DNA of 64,000 nucleotides, taken from the IMG/VR virus record IMGVR_UViG_3300049201_000008, positions 1 through 64,000 of that record. One strand, written 5' to 3'. Within the stretch, counting starts at the first letter, position 1; every line of letters begins with the position of its first letter. This DNA is from a virus (Duplodnaviria; Caudoviricetes). The position numbers and the translations under genes are program-made. Positions 34,147 through 43,365 of the stretch are shown here, piece by piece. Under the pieces are notes generated by a model. That model was not told the DNA's origin and ran no database searches. It saw only the letters and a program-made list of their open reading frames with translations.

Positions 34147-34893
34147 ATGCCACAAATCAGCGAAGCAGTTTTGAAGGTTCTGGACGCCGGCCAGTACGAC
34201 GGTTCGAAGTTCGTCCTCGTCGGGCAGTTGGATCGCAAGCTCTACACCGACACGAACAAGGTTCTCGAAGCCGCAGGCGGTAAATGGAACCGCAGCGCCA
34301 AGGCTCATGTCTTCGACGGCGCGGCGATCGACGCTCTTGAGCCTATCATTCTGACGGGCGCGTACAGCCGCACGAAGCAGGATTTCGGGCAGTTCGATAC
34401 GCCGGAAGATTTGGCGGCGGAAGTCGTTGCTATCGCCGGCATAGAGCCGAGAATGAACGTTCTGGAGCCGAGTGCCGGCGTAGGCAATCTCGTTGATGCA
34501 ATCGTTTCTGCCGGTGGCATCGTTCATGCTTTCGAGATTGACGACAAGCGCCGCGCCGTCCTTCAAGCATCGGGACTCATGCGGTTCCCGGTGGCATCTG
34601 GCGATTTCTTGACGTTCGAGGCGTCACCAACTTTCGAGCGCGTCGTCATGAACCCGCCTTTTGCCGCGCAGGCGGATATACGGCACGTCATGCACGCCTT
34701 CAAGTTCCTGAAGTCCGGCGGCAAGCTGGTTTCGATCATGTCGTCTGGCGTCATGTTCCGAGACAACAAGCTCACCGCCGATTTCCGAGACTTCGTCTAC
34801 GCCCACGACGGCTCGATTGAGCGGCTTCCCGAAGATTCATTCAAGGCATCCGGCACGGCGGTGAACACCTGCGTCGTGACGATGCACGCCTGA
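34147..34893 (+). CDS. Amino-methyltransferase (NPPF class, probably DNA N6-adenine)
   Basis: QFDTP, VLEPSAGVGNL, VVMNPPF, PEDSFKASGT. Confidence 0.88.
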   Translation: MPQISEAVLKVLDAGQYDGSKFVLVGQLDRKLYTDTNKVLEAAGGKWNRSAKAHVFDGAAIDALEPIILTGAYSRTKQDFGQFDTPEDLAAEVVAIAGIEPRMNVLEPSAGVGNLVDAIVSAGGIVHAFEIDDKRRAVLQASGLMRFPVASGDFLTFEASPTFERVVMNPPFAAQADIRHVMHAFKFLKSGGKLVSIMSSGVMFRDNKLTADFRDFVYAHDGSIERLPEDSFKASGTAVNTCVVTMHA

Positions 34894-35138
34894 CTACCCC
34901 AGAGGCTTACGGGCGGTGCCTCGTTCAAACCGCCCACAACCAGAAAGGACGAAGCCATGCAGCGAAGTTTGCGCTCCAAGCTGTTTTTTAACGTGATCTG
35001 ATTGGCCGTCGGCGCCTGGAAATGAAGCCGCAACTAACTAGCCAAGCCACCAAACGGACAGGTGGTCAGACATGGCAAGGGTCCGAGGCGGGGCGCGGCC
35101 AAACAGCGCCAATCAATCGAAACGAGAGGAACGGGACG

Positions 35139-35291
35139 ATGGGTCCGAATTGGTACGACAAGGAAATGGAGCGGATCGAGGAAGATTACGCCGCAGCGCA
35201 GATCGATCGCGCCAGGAACCATTTTGCCGCCGATCCGTCCGCCACGCGCGAAGTCATCCGCACCGCGGCACGAGATTTGGCGAGAGCCTAA
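35139..35291 (+). CDS. Small hypothetical protein (50 aa)
   Basis: MGPNWYDKE; GAGG RBS. Confidence 0.45.
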   Translation: MGPNWYDKEMERIEEDYAAAQIDRARNHFAADPSATREVIRTAARDLARA

Positions 35292-35372
35292 CGAACTACC
35301 CCGGCTGTCGGGCGCAGCCTCATCAAATGCCCAAGAAATTCAACGCCGCTTGAGGCGGATGGAGGAATAGAA

Positions 35373-35774
35373 ATGCCCAAGAAAATCGCAGCCGCATTGC
35401 TCGCCCTGTCCGTTCTGGCTTCATGCTCCGACGCGGATATCGCCTCGCAAAACCTTTCGCGCGCCGCCGATCAGTTCGAAATCCAGCGCCGCGTGGTGTT
35501 CTACAACGGCATTACTGGCGGCTACATGCTGTCGATTGAGGGGCTCTGCTCTCTCGGCAACAACGACAAGGCCCGCGAAGTCACGATCACCTGCAAGACG
35601 GGGCCGGGAGCCTTCAAGAAGCACTTCCTGGGCTTGTCCGACAATGTCACCTTTTTCGTTGAGCAGTTGGAAGCGAAGGACGTTTCAACCTACCATTACC
35701 GCGTGGTGTTCAAGCCTCAGACGATCATTCCCGACGTGGATTTCCGCGGCGACATGAACGAACTGGTGAATTGA
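35373..35774 (+). CDS. Phage lipoprotein (beta-sandwich type)
   Basis: Lipobox LASC; ADIASQNLSRAADQFEIQRRVVFYNGITG. Confidence 0.85.
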   Translation: MPKKIAAALLALSVLASCSDADIASQNLSRAADQFEIQRRVVFYNGITGGYMLSIEGLCSLGNNDKAREVTITCKTGPGAFKKHFLGLSDNVTFFVEQLEAKDVSTYHYRVVFKPQTIIPDVDFRGDMNELVN

Positions 35775-35782
35775 GGCCCGCC

Positions 35783-36013
35783 ATGCTCGACACACCCAAG
35801 CCAGATCGCACCAACGACAGCGCTATCTACCGCGCTCAGTACGCCGCCAGCCAAGCCGCTGATCAGCTTCTCCTTGCTGCCTATTCGGAACACGCAATCA
35901 CCAGGGACATGCGCCTGTCGGCCACCGTCGAGTATCTGCGCACCGTTGCGGCTGAACTGGAAGCGCTCGGGTATCGGGCCGATGCCGTAGAGAAGGAGCC
36001 AGAGCATGGCTGA
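35783..36013 (+). CDS. Hypothetical protein
   Basis: 76 aa, GAGG RBS. Confidence 0.55.
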   Translation: MLDTPKPDRTNDSAIYRAQYAASQAADQLLLAAYSEHAITRDMRLSATVEYLRTVAAELEALGYRADAVEKEPEHG

Positions 36014-36494
36014 CATCGTCAACGACTACTTCAAGCTCTTCTACCCGCCGCAGGAGCTTCGCGACACTGTCGAGGCCAGATACAGCGATTGCGGCTTTAC
36101 GCAGCGTGTCGACGGATATTCCAACGTCTTCCCGGCCATGAAGATGGCTGATGGTCTCGAACTCAGCGTTCAGGGACATTGGGGCGCCTATTCTTGGCCG
36201 CGTGACGATTGGGCCGAAGAATATCTCATGGTTGAAATCATGGGGCCACCGAAGGCCGACGAGTTGCTGTCACCTTATGAGCGCGAATGCAACGCCGTTG
36301 GCGACGAGATGATCTACCCGTCCGTCCCAGTCCATGTCGTCCTACGGATCATCGAAAAGCACGGCGGCTTGGTCGAGGCCTCTCCTGCCGAGCTTTGTTC
36401 AGACTGCCCTCCGCATGGATATCCAACCGATGAAACTCGGTGCGATCCATGCCCGCGTCGAACTACCTCTATCGAGGAGGCGGTCAATGTCTGA
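36006..36494 (+). CDS. Hypothetical protein
   Basis: MADGLELSVQ...YS.PR motif and C-terminal CSDCPP...CDPCPRR. Confidence 0.7.
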   Translation: MADIVNDYFKLFYPPQELRDTVEARYSDCGFTQRVDGYSNVFPAMKMADGLELSVQGHWGAYSWPRDDWAEEYLMVEIMGPPKADELLSPYERECNAVGDEMIYPSVPVHVVLRIIEKHGGLVEASPAELCSDCPPHGYPTDETRCDPCPRRTTSIEEAVNV

Positions 36495-36828
36495 ACAGGG
36501 CAAAAACGGCGAGTTCTACACCAAGGGAAACGTCGTCTGGAAATCTCCTATCGTTCGTCGCAACGAAGCCAACAACGGCGACAGCGTTGAGGTCGGTTTT
36601 GCGGTTTGCACCGCGTCCGAATGGATCAAGGCTGAAACACTTGCTGGCGTCTTCACTGAGCACACCACGCTGGCGGCTCGGGTTGCGGAACTGGAGGCGG
36701 AGAACGAACGGCAGATTGCCATCATCCGCGAAAATTGGGCCAGCCAATATTGGAAGGGCGTCAACGCCGAGATGGCCGAGCGCGTCAACGCTGTTCTCAC
36801 CAATAAGGAGGCCGTCTCCCATGACTAA
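36487..36828 (+). CDS. Hypothetical protein
   Basis: MSEQGK, GAGGAGG RBS. Confidence 0.7.
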   Translation: MSEQGKNGEFYTKGNVVWKSPIVRRNEANNGDSVEVGFAVCTASEWIKAETLAGVFTEHTTLAARVAELEAENERQIAIIRENWASQYWKGVNAEMAERVNAVLTNKEAVSHD

Positions 36829-37105
36829 ATTCACCGCCAGAGTCATCATCGACGTTGAAATCACGCTTGATGAAGCCAAGTTCGATGAAGCCTTCATGTC
36901 CGAGTTCCGGCGGAGCTTCTACCAGTTCCACGACATCGAAGAGCATGCCGAGCATCTTGCTCAACTGCAGGCTCGCGGGCTGCTGGATTTCTTCACCGAA
37001 GGCTACGGCGAAATCAAGGCCATGGGCATCGACGGCAAGGAAATAGCCGTCACTGTCGAGGATTTGACACGCGTCGGGGCGAAGGAGGTCGTCTCCCATG
37101 ACTGA
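36821..37105 (+). CDS. Hypothetical acidic protein
   Basis: MTKFTAR, AAGGAGG RBS. Confidence 0.7.
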   Translation: MTKFTARVIIDVEITLDEAKFDEAFMSEFRRSFYQFHDIEEHAEHLAQLQARGLLDFFTEGYGEIKAMGIDGKEIAVTVEDLTRVGAKEVVSHD

Positions 37106-37421
37106 GCAATTCACCTTCGCCCAATCCAACACCGACGAAGATTTCAAGGCCCTGAACGCCTGCGAAACAACCCTGCACATTGCCGGTTTCTCTGTCGGCT
37201 CATGGCAACGCGGCGCACCATGCGGCGCTCTCTATGGCGGCTACATCATCAGCAAATGGCGCGGGATGTCAGAAGCCGAGCGGGATGCTCTCCACGCTTC
37301 ATTCGAAGGCGACGGCCGCAACGGTCCGATCATTCTCACCATACACGACACTTGCCCGGCAGAGGGTAGAGCAGCGCTTGAAATTGCCGCTCGGGAACGG
37401 ACGGAGAAAGCCCATGCGTGA
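37098..37421 (+). CDS. Hypothetical protein
   Basis: 107 aa, AAGGAGG RBS; ISKWRGM motif. Confidence 0.7.
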   Translation: MTEQFTFAQSNTDEDFKALNACETTLHIAGFSVGSWQRGAPCGALYGGYIISKWRGMSEAERDALHASFEGDGRNGPIILTIHDTCPAEGRAALEIAARERTEKAHA

Positions 37422-37638
37422 ACCGTGTCCTCAGTCCGTTTATGGCGGCTGCGATCCTGCAACATGCGATCGCCAGTGTTCCGCGACAATCAACATCCCG
37501 CCGCCGATAGAGGCTGGTTACGATCGTCTCGTCTGCACTTTGGTTGCAGCCATCATCATCATTTCAGCCTGTGGTGTCGCCGGAGCGGTTGTTGCCGCCG
37601 AACGCGTGAACCGGGCTTACAGCCTAGAGAGGGTTTAG
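37414..37638 (+). CDS. Small membrane protein
   Basis: Cys-rich N-terminus and one TM. Confidence 0.55.
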   Translation: MREPCPQSVYGGCDPATCDRQCSATINIPPPIEAGYDRLVCTLVAAIIIISACGVAGAVVAAERVNRAYSLERV

Positions 37639-37640
37639 CC

Positions 37641-38807
37641 ATGAATGAAGTCGCATCCACCGATCTCATAATCAAGCTGCCGGCGGTTATGACTGCCGAG
37701 ACATTCACCGACGATAAGGAATTTGAAAAGCTCTACTCGAAGGTCAAGGAGGCGGTTGACAAGCATGTTCCGGATGTGTCGACGCAGTCCGGCCGCGATG
37801 CGATTGCGTCCCTCGCCTACAAGGTCGCCCGCACGAAAACGACACTGATCAACCAGGGCAAGAAGCTAACGGAAAGCTGGCGAGATCAGACGAAGAAGGT
37901 CAACGCCGCCTGCAATACGATCGAGGAGCGGCTTGACACGCTGAAAGAGGAAGTTCGCAAGCCGCTAACCGCTTGGGAGACCACCGAGAAAGCGCGCGTC
38001 GAAGGCCATCAGTCTCGCCTTGCCGATCTCATCGCCATGTCCAAGGTCGGATTTGGTCGCCCGTCATCCGAGATGCGCGAACTGCTCGCCAAGGCCGAAT
38101 CCGTATCGGCTAGCAAAGATGTTTGGGAGGAGTTCACGGCTCAAGCCGGCGTTGCTCGCGAGGAAGCGGTCGACACGCTCAAGCGCCTGCTTGCCACCGC
38201 CGAAAAGCAGGAGCGGGAAGCCGCCGAACTTGAACAGCTTCGCGCCGAAAAGGCCGAACGCGATAGGATCGAGGCGGAGCGACTTGCCGCCGAGCGTGCC
38301 GCCCAGGAAGCCGCGGAGCGGGCGGAGCGCGAACGGCTCGCCGAGGAGAAGCGCCAGGCCGAACTGATTGCCGCTGCCGAGGAAGCTGCCCGACGCGTCG
38401 AGCGCGAAGCGCAGGAAAAGATCGAAGCCGCCAATCGAGCCGCCGCCGAAGCTGAAGAGCGTCACACCAAGGCCATTCGCGAAGCCGAGGAAGCCCGCCA
38501 GCGCGAAATCGAGGACGCCAAGCGCCGGGAGGCGGAAGCGGCGGAACGCCTCACACGAGAGATTGCAGAGGCGAGAGCGCAGGCTGAGCGCGATGCTGTC
38601 GCCGAGCGCAAGCGCATCGCCGATGCAGAGGCTGCCGAGGTTGCCGCCCAGAAAGCGCGCGATGCCGACAGAGAGCACCGCAGGGCCGTCAACACGTCCA
38701 TCGCCAAGGAACTGATGGACTGCGCAAAAATCACCAAGGCCCAAGCCGAGAAGATCGTTGTGCACATCCACAGCGGCTTTGTCCCCAACGTCACCCTGAA
38801 ATATTGA
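37641..38807 (+). CDS. Coiled-coil protein of the recombination module
   Basis: 388 aa; GRDAIASLAYKVARTKT N-terminus, long Glu/Ala/Arg coiled coil, GFVPNVTLKY end. Confidence 0.8.
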   Translation: MNEVASTDLIIKLPAVMTAETFTDDKEFEKLYSKVKEAVDKHVPDVSTQSGRDAIASLAYKVARTKTTLINQGKKLTESWRDQTKKVNAACNTIEERLDTLKEEVRKPLTAWETTEKARVEGHQSRLADLIAMSKVGFGRPSSEMRELLAKAESVSASKDVWEEFTAQAGVAREEAVDTLKRLLATAEKQEREAAELEQLRAEKAERDRIEAERLAAERAAQEAAERAERERLAEEKRQAELIAAAEEAARRVEREAQEKIEAANRAAAEAEERHTKAIREAEEARQREIEDAKRREAEAAERLTREIAEARAQAERDAVAERKRIADAEAAEVAAQKARDADREHRRAVNTSIAKELMDCAKITKAQAEKIVVHIHSGFVPNVTLKY

Positions 38808-38817
38808 GGATGCTGCT

Positions 38818-39810
38818 ATGAATGAAGCCGTTCCCATTGGTGATCTCGTTTCCAAGATCGTAGACGACACAGCCGAGAAGGCGGGTTTTACCGAGCATGC
38901 CGATGGCATTTATTTCGGAATGTCCGACGCGGTTTACCATGCCGATACCGCGCTGGGCTCCACCAGCCTCAAGAAGTTAGTCAGCAACGCGCCTGACTAT
39001 TGGTGGGACAGCCCGTTAAATCCAGCAAGACCAGATGACGACGACACGCCCGCCAAGATTTTCGGCAGGCAATTGCATCAATGCGTCCTCGAAGGCGTGG
39101 AGAAGTTTCGGGCTGGACACGCGCCGCAGTACAACCCCGGCAACGTCAAAGCCGGGATGGCCGAGATCGCCGACATCAAGGCCGCCGGCAAGGTGCCCGT
39201 CAAGTTCAAGGAATGGAGCAAGATTCTCGCTGCTTCCGCCTTCATCAAAGCGAACAAGACGCTGGCAACCGCCTTCGCGAATGGACAGCCGGAAGTCTCA
39301 GTATTCTGGACGGCGGATGGCATGCGCTTCAAAGCGCGCTTCGACTATCTGAAGATGAACGCCATCACGGACTTGAAATCCCTCTCCAATCCCTACGGCA
39401 AGGAATTCGAACGGGCATGCCGGGATGCGATCGGTGGTTATGACTATCTAGTCTCGGCCGAGCACTATTCAGAAGGCCGCAGGCAAATGAAGCGGCTGTT
39501 CGACGCCGGAGCCGTTTTTGGTGACGTTGACCGAGAGTGGGTCGGCAAGGTTGCCGCCAATGAGGTTTTCGCCTTTGTCTTTGTCTTTTGGCAGAAGGAC
39601 GGCGCTCCGATCTCACACGGGATCAAACTCTCCCCTGGAAACCCTCTTTTCGGTCACGCGCGCAATCTCATTACCAGGGCCATCGATAACTACAACCTGT
39701 TCATGGCTGAGTTTGGGGCCACTGCGGCGTGGGTTCCATCCACTGAACTCAAGGAATTGGACGAGACGGATTTGCCCGTCTGGTACCAGCAAAAATTGAT
39801 CGGAGCTTGA
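38818..39810 (+). CDS. RecE/exonuclease VIII-like PD-(D/E)XK nuclease (DUF3799-like)
   Basis: YHAD.ALGSTSLK, FGRQLH..VLE, KARFDYL...ITDLKS. Confidence 0.85.
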   Translation: MNEAVPIGDLVSKIVDDTAEKAGFTEHADGIYFGMSDAVYHADTALGSTSLKKLVSNAPDYWWDSPLNPARPDDDDTPAKIFGRQLHQCVLEGVEKFRAGHAPQYNPGNVKAGMAEIADIKAAGKVPVKFKEWSKILAASAFIKANKTLATAFANGQPEVSVFWTADGMRFKARFDYLKMNAITDLKSLSNPYGKEFERACRDAIGGYDYLVSAEHYSEGRRQMKRLFDAGAVFGDVDREWVGKVAANEVFAFVFVFWQKDGAPISHGIKLSPGNPLFGHARNLITRAIDNYNLFMAEFGATAAWVPSTELKELDETDLPVWYQQKLIGA

Positions 39811-39814
39811 TCCA

Positions 39815-41152
39815 ATGAACCATGAAATTATCACCGCAGACGGCGAAGTTATCGACGGGTTCGGCACGTCATCCAGCATGGCCGTCCAGTTGCAAAAGGC
39901 TGAGATCGACCAGCTTATCACGACAGCGCGGGCCTATCCTCGCTCCATGAAGCGCGTCCAGAGCGCGATCATGAACATGGCCACCTTGGACGAGGAGAGC
40001 GCGGAAGAATGCATGTACGCCCTTCCCCGTGGCGGGAAACCCATCAAAGGCCCGTCGATCCGGTTTGCTGAAATCCTCAAGCAGTCTTTCGGCAACTGCC
40101 GAGCCGGCGCCCGTGTTGTCGACGTCGATCGGGTTGAAATGTTCGTGGAGGCGGAAGGCGTCTTCCACGATCTGGAAACCAACGCTTCTACCACCGCTCG
40201 GGTCCGCCGCCGCATCAGCGACAAGAATGGGCGCCTGTTCAAAGATGATATGATTATCGTCACGGGCAATGCAGCCTGTTCGATCGCCATGCGCAACGCC
40301 ATCCTGGCCGGCGTCCCGAAGCCTCTGTGGCGCAAGGCCTACGACAGCGTCCAGGCGACGATTACCGGGGACATCACCACGCTGTCGGAAAACCGCGAGA
40401 AGGCCTTGAAGGCGCTCGCTGCGTTCGGCGTGAAGCCTGAACAGATATTCGGTTCGCTCGGCAAGGAAGGACTCGAAGACATCACCGTTGACGATATCGG
40501 CCTGCTACGCGGCATGTACGCGGCGCTCAAGAACGGCGAGGCCACAGTCGAGGAAATGTTCTTCGGCACCGTGCGCGCCGCATCGCAGCACGAGAAGGTC
40601 GTTGATCCGCTTTCCGACGAGCCGATCAAGACGGAAACGAAGTCGTCCGAATCTGTCGAGTTCGAAACGACTGACAACGAAACAACAATCAACTCCAATT
40701 CCGGCGCGGACACCCCCTCCTCTGCTGCCGGTGAAGACGAGAGCGAAGCCAACACCGCCTCGTCACAAGAACCGACTGATCAGATCTCCTCCCCTGACAG
40801 CGGTTCAACGGAAGAGTCCGCAGCACCCAACGAGGCCCCCACCGCGGCTGCGGACTCTCCTTCCTCTATCCCTGAACGGGAATTGCCAGTTCTTCGTCGG
40901 TTCGCGAAAGACGTTTTAAACATGGCGGCTAAGCCTGACACATCCGGCGACCTCATGTCGAAGGTCATTCGCCGCTGGTCGAATGGCGATTTGGCCAATC
41001 TGTCGGTCGAAGGCAAGGCGGCTTCCAAGAGCATCAACTTAAGCGTGAAGGCGCTCATGGAAGGTAATACGAGCCTTGAGCCGGCTATCGAGTTTTTCTC
41101 TGAAATGCTCGGCTGCGAGCCGGCGGAACTCATGGTGAGCGACAATGGCTGA
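39815..41152 (+). CDS. Putative single-strand annealing recombinase
   Basis: AEIDQLITTARAYPR...GKPIKGPSIRFAE domain right after the exonuclease; acidic linker. Confidence 0.55.
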   Translation: MNHEIITADGEVIDGFGTSSSMAVQLQKAEIDQLITTARAYPRSMKRVQSAIMNMATLDEESAEECMYALPRGGKPIKGPSIRFAEILKQSFGNCRAGARVVDVDRVEMFVEAEGVFHDLETNASTTARVRRRISDKNGRLFKDDMIIVTGNAACSIAMRNAILAGVPKPLWRKAYDSVQATITGDITTLSENREKALKALAAFGVKPEQIFGSLGKEGLEDITVDDIGLLRGMYAALKNGEATVEEMFFGTVRAASQHEKVVDPLSDEPIKTETKSSESVEFETTDNETTINSNSGADTPSSAAGEDESEANTASSQEPTDQISSPDSGSTEESAAPNEAPTAAADSPSSIPERELPVLRRFAKDVLNMAAKPDTSGDLMSKVIRRWSNGDLANLSVEGKAASKSINLSVKALMEGNTSLEPAIEFFSEMLGCEPAELMVSDNG

Positions 41153-41306
41153 TCTGGGCAGCAAGCTCAAGAATATCCGTGAGCAGAACAGCTTTTCGCA
41201 ACGCGAGGTGGCCGATCATTTAGGCGTCACTGTCCAAGCCGTTTCACAATGGGAAGCCGGGAAGTCGGCTCGGCTTTATGGATTTGTGTGGGCGCACATG
41301 GCTTGA
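41145..41306 (+). CDS. XRE HTH protein, short (53 aa; possibly frameshifted with next ORF)
   Basis: LKNIREQNSFSQREVADHLGVTVQAVSQWEAG; not in ORF track. Confidence 0.65.
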   Translation: MADLGSKLKNIREQNSFSQREVADHLGVTVQAVSQWEAGKSARLYGFVWAHMA

Positions 41307-41637
41307 TGACGCCTCTGAAAATCAGGAGCGCAAACTTGCCCGTGAGCACGATAAGTTCCTGTTGCGCTTTCCAGACGGTGCCAGAGACGCGATAGCCGCC
41401 TCCGCGAAGGCTAACCGGCGATCCATGAACGCCGAAATCAACGCCCGTCTGTTCGGTGCGGTCGACACGGAAAGCCCTCGCGACAAGATCGCAATAGCTG
41501 CGCTTACCGGACTTCTCTCCTGTCAAAACCACGACGGTTCCGACTTCCTTCATGATCTTGGGCCGGGCGCTGCGGCCATGTGGGCATATCGGTTCGCCGA
41601 CGCCATGCTTGCCGCCCGGAAAGGCGGTGCGTCATGA
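41278..41637 (+). CDS. Arc-family DNA-binding protein
   Basis: DKFLLRFPDG.RDAIAASAKANRRSMNAEINARL. Confidence 0.85.
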   Translation: MDLCGRTWLDDASENQERKLAREHDKFLLRFPDGARDAIAASAKANRRSMNAEINARLFGAVDTESPRDKIAIAALTGLLSCQNHDGSDFLHDLGPGAAAMWAYRFADAMLAARKGGAS

Positions 41638-41816
41638 GCAGGAACTCCAAGCCGTCCACAATCACGGTTCGCCTAACGCAAGAGCAGCGGGATCGCCTTG
41701 ACGCCGCCGCCACGATCGGCCCGTACCGGGTGAATCTGACGGAAATCATCGCGCGCGGGATTGAACTCGCAGCGCAAGAGCTTGAACAAATGGCCGCTCG
41801 GAAAGGTGGTGCGTGA
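41634..41816 (+). CDS. Ribbon-helix-helix protein
   Basis: TITVRLTQEQRDRLDAAA...NLTEIIARGIE. Confidence 0.7.
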   Translation: MSRNSKPSTITVRLTQEQRDRLDAAATIGPYRVNLTEIIARGIELAAQELEQMAARKGGA

Positions 41817-42226
41817 TGGCAAAGCAAGAAAAAGCCAAGGGTAGTGCCGCCAGTCGTTTCCGCGACGAACTTGTGAAAATCATGCCCGGCTATTCGTGGA
41901 CGGTGCACGAGTCCTCGACTGATGCACATCTTAAGGCCACAGGCACACAGAGTAGCGGCTTCAACCGGCTCTCCACTCTATCCGTCATCCGCACTGAACG
42001 TGATGGCGAAGTGGAATACGAATCCAAGTCTGCCGGCTATGGACTGCGTGCCAAGTGGCTGCACCGAAGCACTGACAGTACGCTGGCAAGGTCTCTTCGC
42101 GGGCTGCAGGACCATTACGAATACGCCGCAAACACGTATCGCGGGCACGCTGCTTCCCTCCAAGCTGGCAGGCAGTCAGTCGCGACGATCAAGCAGAACA
42201 TCGATCAGATCGGCGGTGCGTCATGA
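41813..42226 (+). CDS. Hypothetical protein
   Basis: 137 aa, coupled. Confidence 0.7.
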   Translation: MMAKQEKAKGSAASRFRDELVKIMPGYSWTVHESSTDAHLKATGTQSSGFNRLSTLSVIRTERDGEVEYESKSAGYGLRAKWLHRSTDSTLARSLRGLQDHYEYAANTYRGHAASLQAGRQSVATIKQNIDQIGGAS

Positions 42227-42423
42227 GCCCCAACGAAATCGACGCCCTCCGCAATCTCATAGCCAAGGCCAGAGCCGAACTGCGCAAGAAGCGCAGACGC
42301 GCGCCTATCCTAGCCACCACCGAGCGCCTTCGCGCCGAGATACGGCTTGAGCAAAGCCTGAAACGGGATGCTGTGCTGATGCGGGAGTTAGCCGGCTCGC
42401 TGGAGGGGCTTTGCTATGCTTGA
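42223..42423 (+). CDS. Hypothetical protein
   Basis: 66 aa, coupled. Confidence 0.55.
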   Translation: MSPNEIDALRNLIAKARAELRKKRRRAPILATTERLRAEIRLEQSLKRDAVLMRELAGSLEGLCYA

Positions 42424-42970
42424 TCTTCTAGGCGATGCACCGCGCTCTAGCGCTACGTTCATAGGCCGAAACCGCATCGAACTATATCGCGAGTGGGGCT
42501 CCGGCCCTACGGCGTGCGTCATAGGCTGCAATCCGTCCACAGCCGACGGCCAGAAGGACGACGCAACGTCACGATGGTGGCGGCAATGGTTTGAGCGCGC
42601 CGGCTTTGGCCGGTACCGCGCAGTCAACCTCTATCCTTTCTGCACGTCCAGTCCGAAGGAATGCAAGCGCATTGTCGAGACGATCGACTGCGGTGCTTGG
42701 GATATTCGTGACGATCTCCATTTCGTCAACCTTCCCCATGTCGTCGCCAAGGCAAAGGCTGCGGACAAGGTATTCGTTTGCTGGGGCAATATCGCATGGG
42801 ATGACGAGTGGATTGAGCACGTCGTGGAGCAAATCCAGTCCGGCGAAGCACCCTATCCCGATCTTTGGTGCTGGGGGAAAACGAACTCTGGTGCGCCAAA
42901 GCATCCTATGGCCCGCGGAAAGCACCGCATTCCTGTCGATCAGCCGGCGATTTTGTGGAGGGCTGCGTGA
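42416..42970 (+). CDS. DUF1643 family protein
   Basis: IGCNPSTAD...DDAT, VNLYPF, WGN, PKHPM. Confidence 0.88.
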   Translation: MLDLLGDAPRSSATFIGRNRIELYREWGSGPTACVIGCNPSTADGQKDDATSRWWRQWFERAGFGRYRAVNLYPFCTSSPKECKRIVETIDCGAWDIRDDLHFVNLPHVVAKAKAADKVFVCWGNIAWDDEWIEHVVEQIQSGEAPYPDLWCWGKTNSGAPKHPMARGKHRIPVDQPAILWRAA

Positions 42971-43365
42971 TGGCAGGTTTTGCAATCCGCCGTCCAGCAA
43001 CGGCATTCTCCCAAGACCCGTCCGACAAGGGACAGCGCCGGATCAAGGACGACGCGCACCTCGCTTTCATCCGCTCCCTGCCGAGTGTCCTGTCTGGCGC
43101 CTTCGGCTGCGAAGCCTGTCACATCCGCTACGGCGATCCGACGTACCGGAAAAAGCACACGGGCAAAGCGCAAAAGCCAGATGACGCGTGGGTACTTCCC
43201 CTCACACCCGCTGAGCACCGTGATCAGCATGACGGCAACGAACGGGAATGGTGGATGTCCAAGGGCATCGATCCCATGCCGATCGCGCTGGAGCTTTACG
43301 CCAACAGCGGCAATCGAGAGGCGGCGCTTGCCATCCTAGCCAGAAAATCGAGGAAGCAGCCATGA
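42970..43365 (+). CDS. DUF968-like (HNH-related) protein
   Basis: HLAFIRSLP...EACHIR...KPDDAWVLPLTPAEHRDQH. Confidence 0.8.
   Translation: MAGFAIRRPATAFSQDPSDKGQRRIKDDAHLAFIRSLPSVLSGAFGCEACHIRYGDPTYRKKHTGKAQKPDDAWVLPLTPAEHRDQHDGNEREWWMSKGIDPMPIALELYANSGNREAALAILARKSRKQP

Noticed and set aside
38064-38909. 281-aa minus-strand hydrophobic ORF
   Set aside because: Reverse complement of a Glu/Ala/Arg coiled-coil gene, which produces spurious Leu/Phe/Gly repeats.
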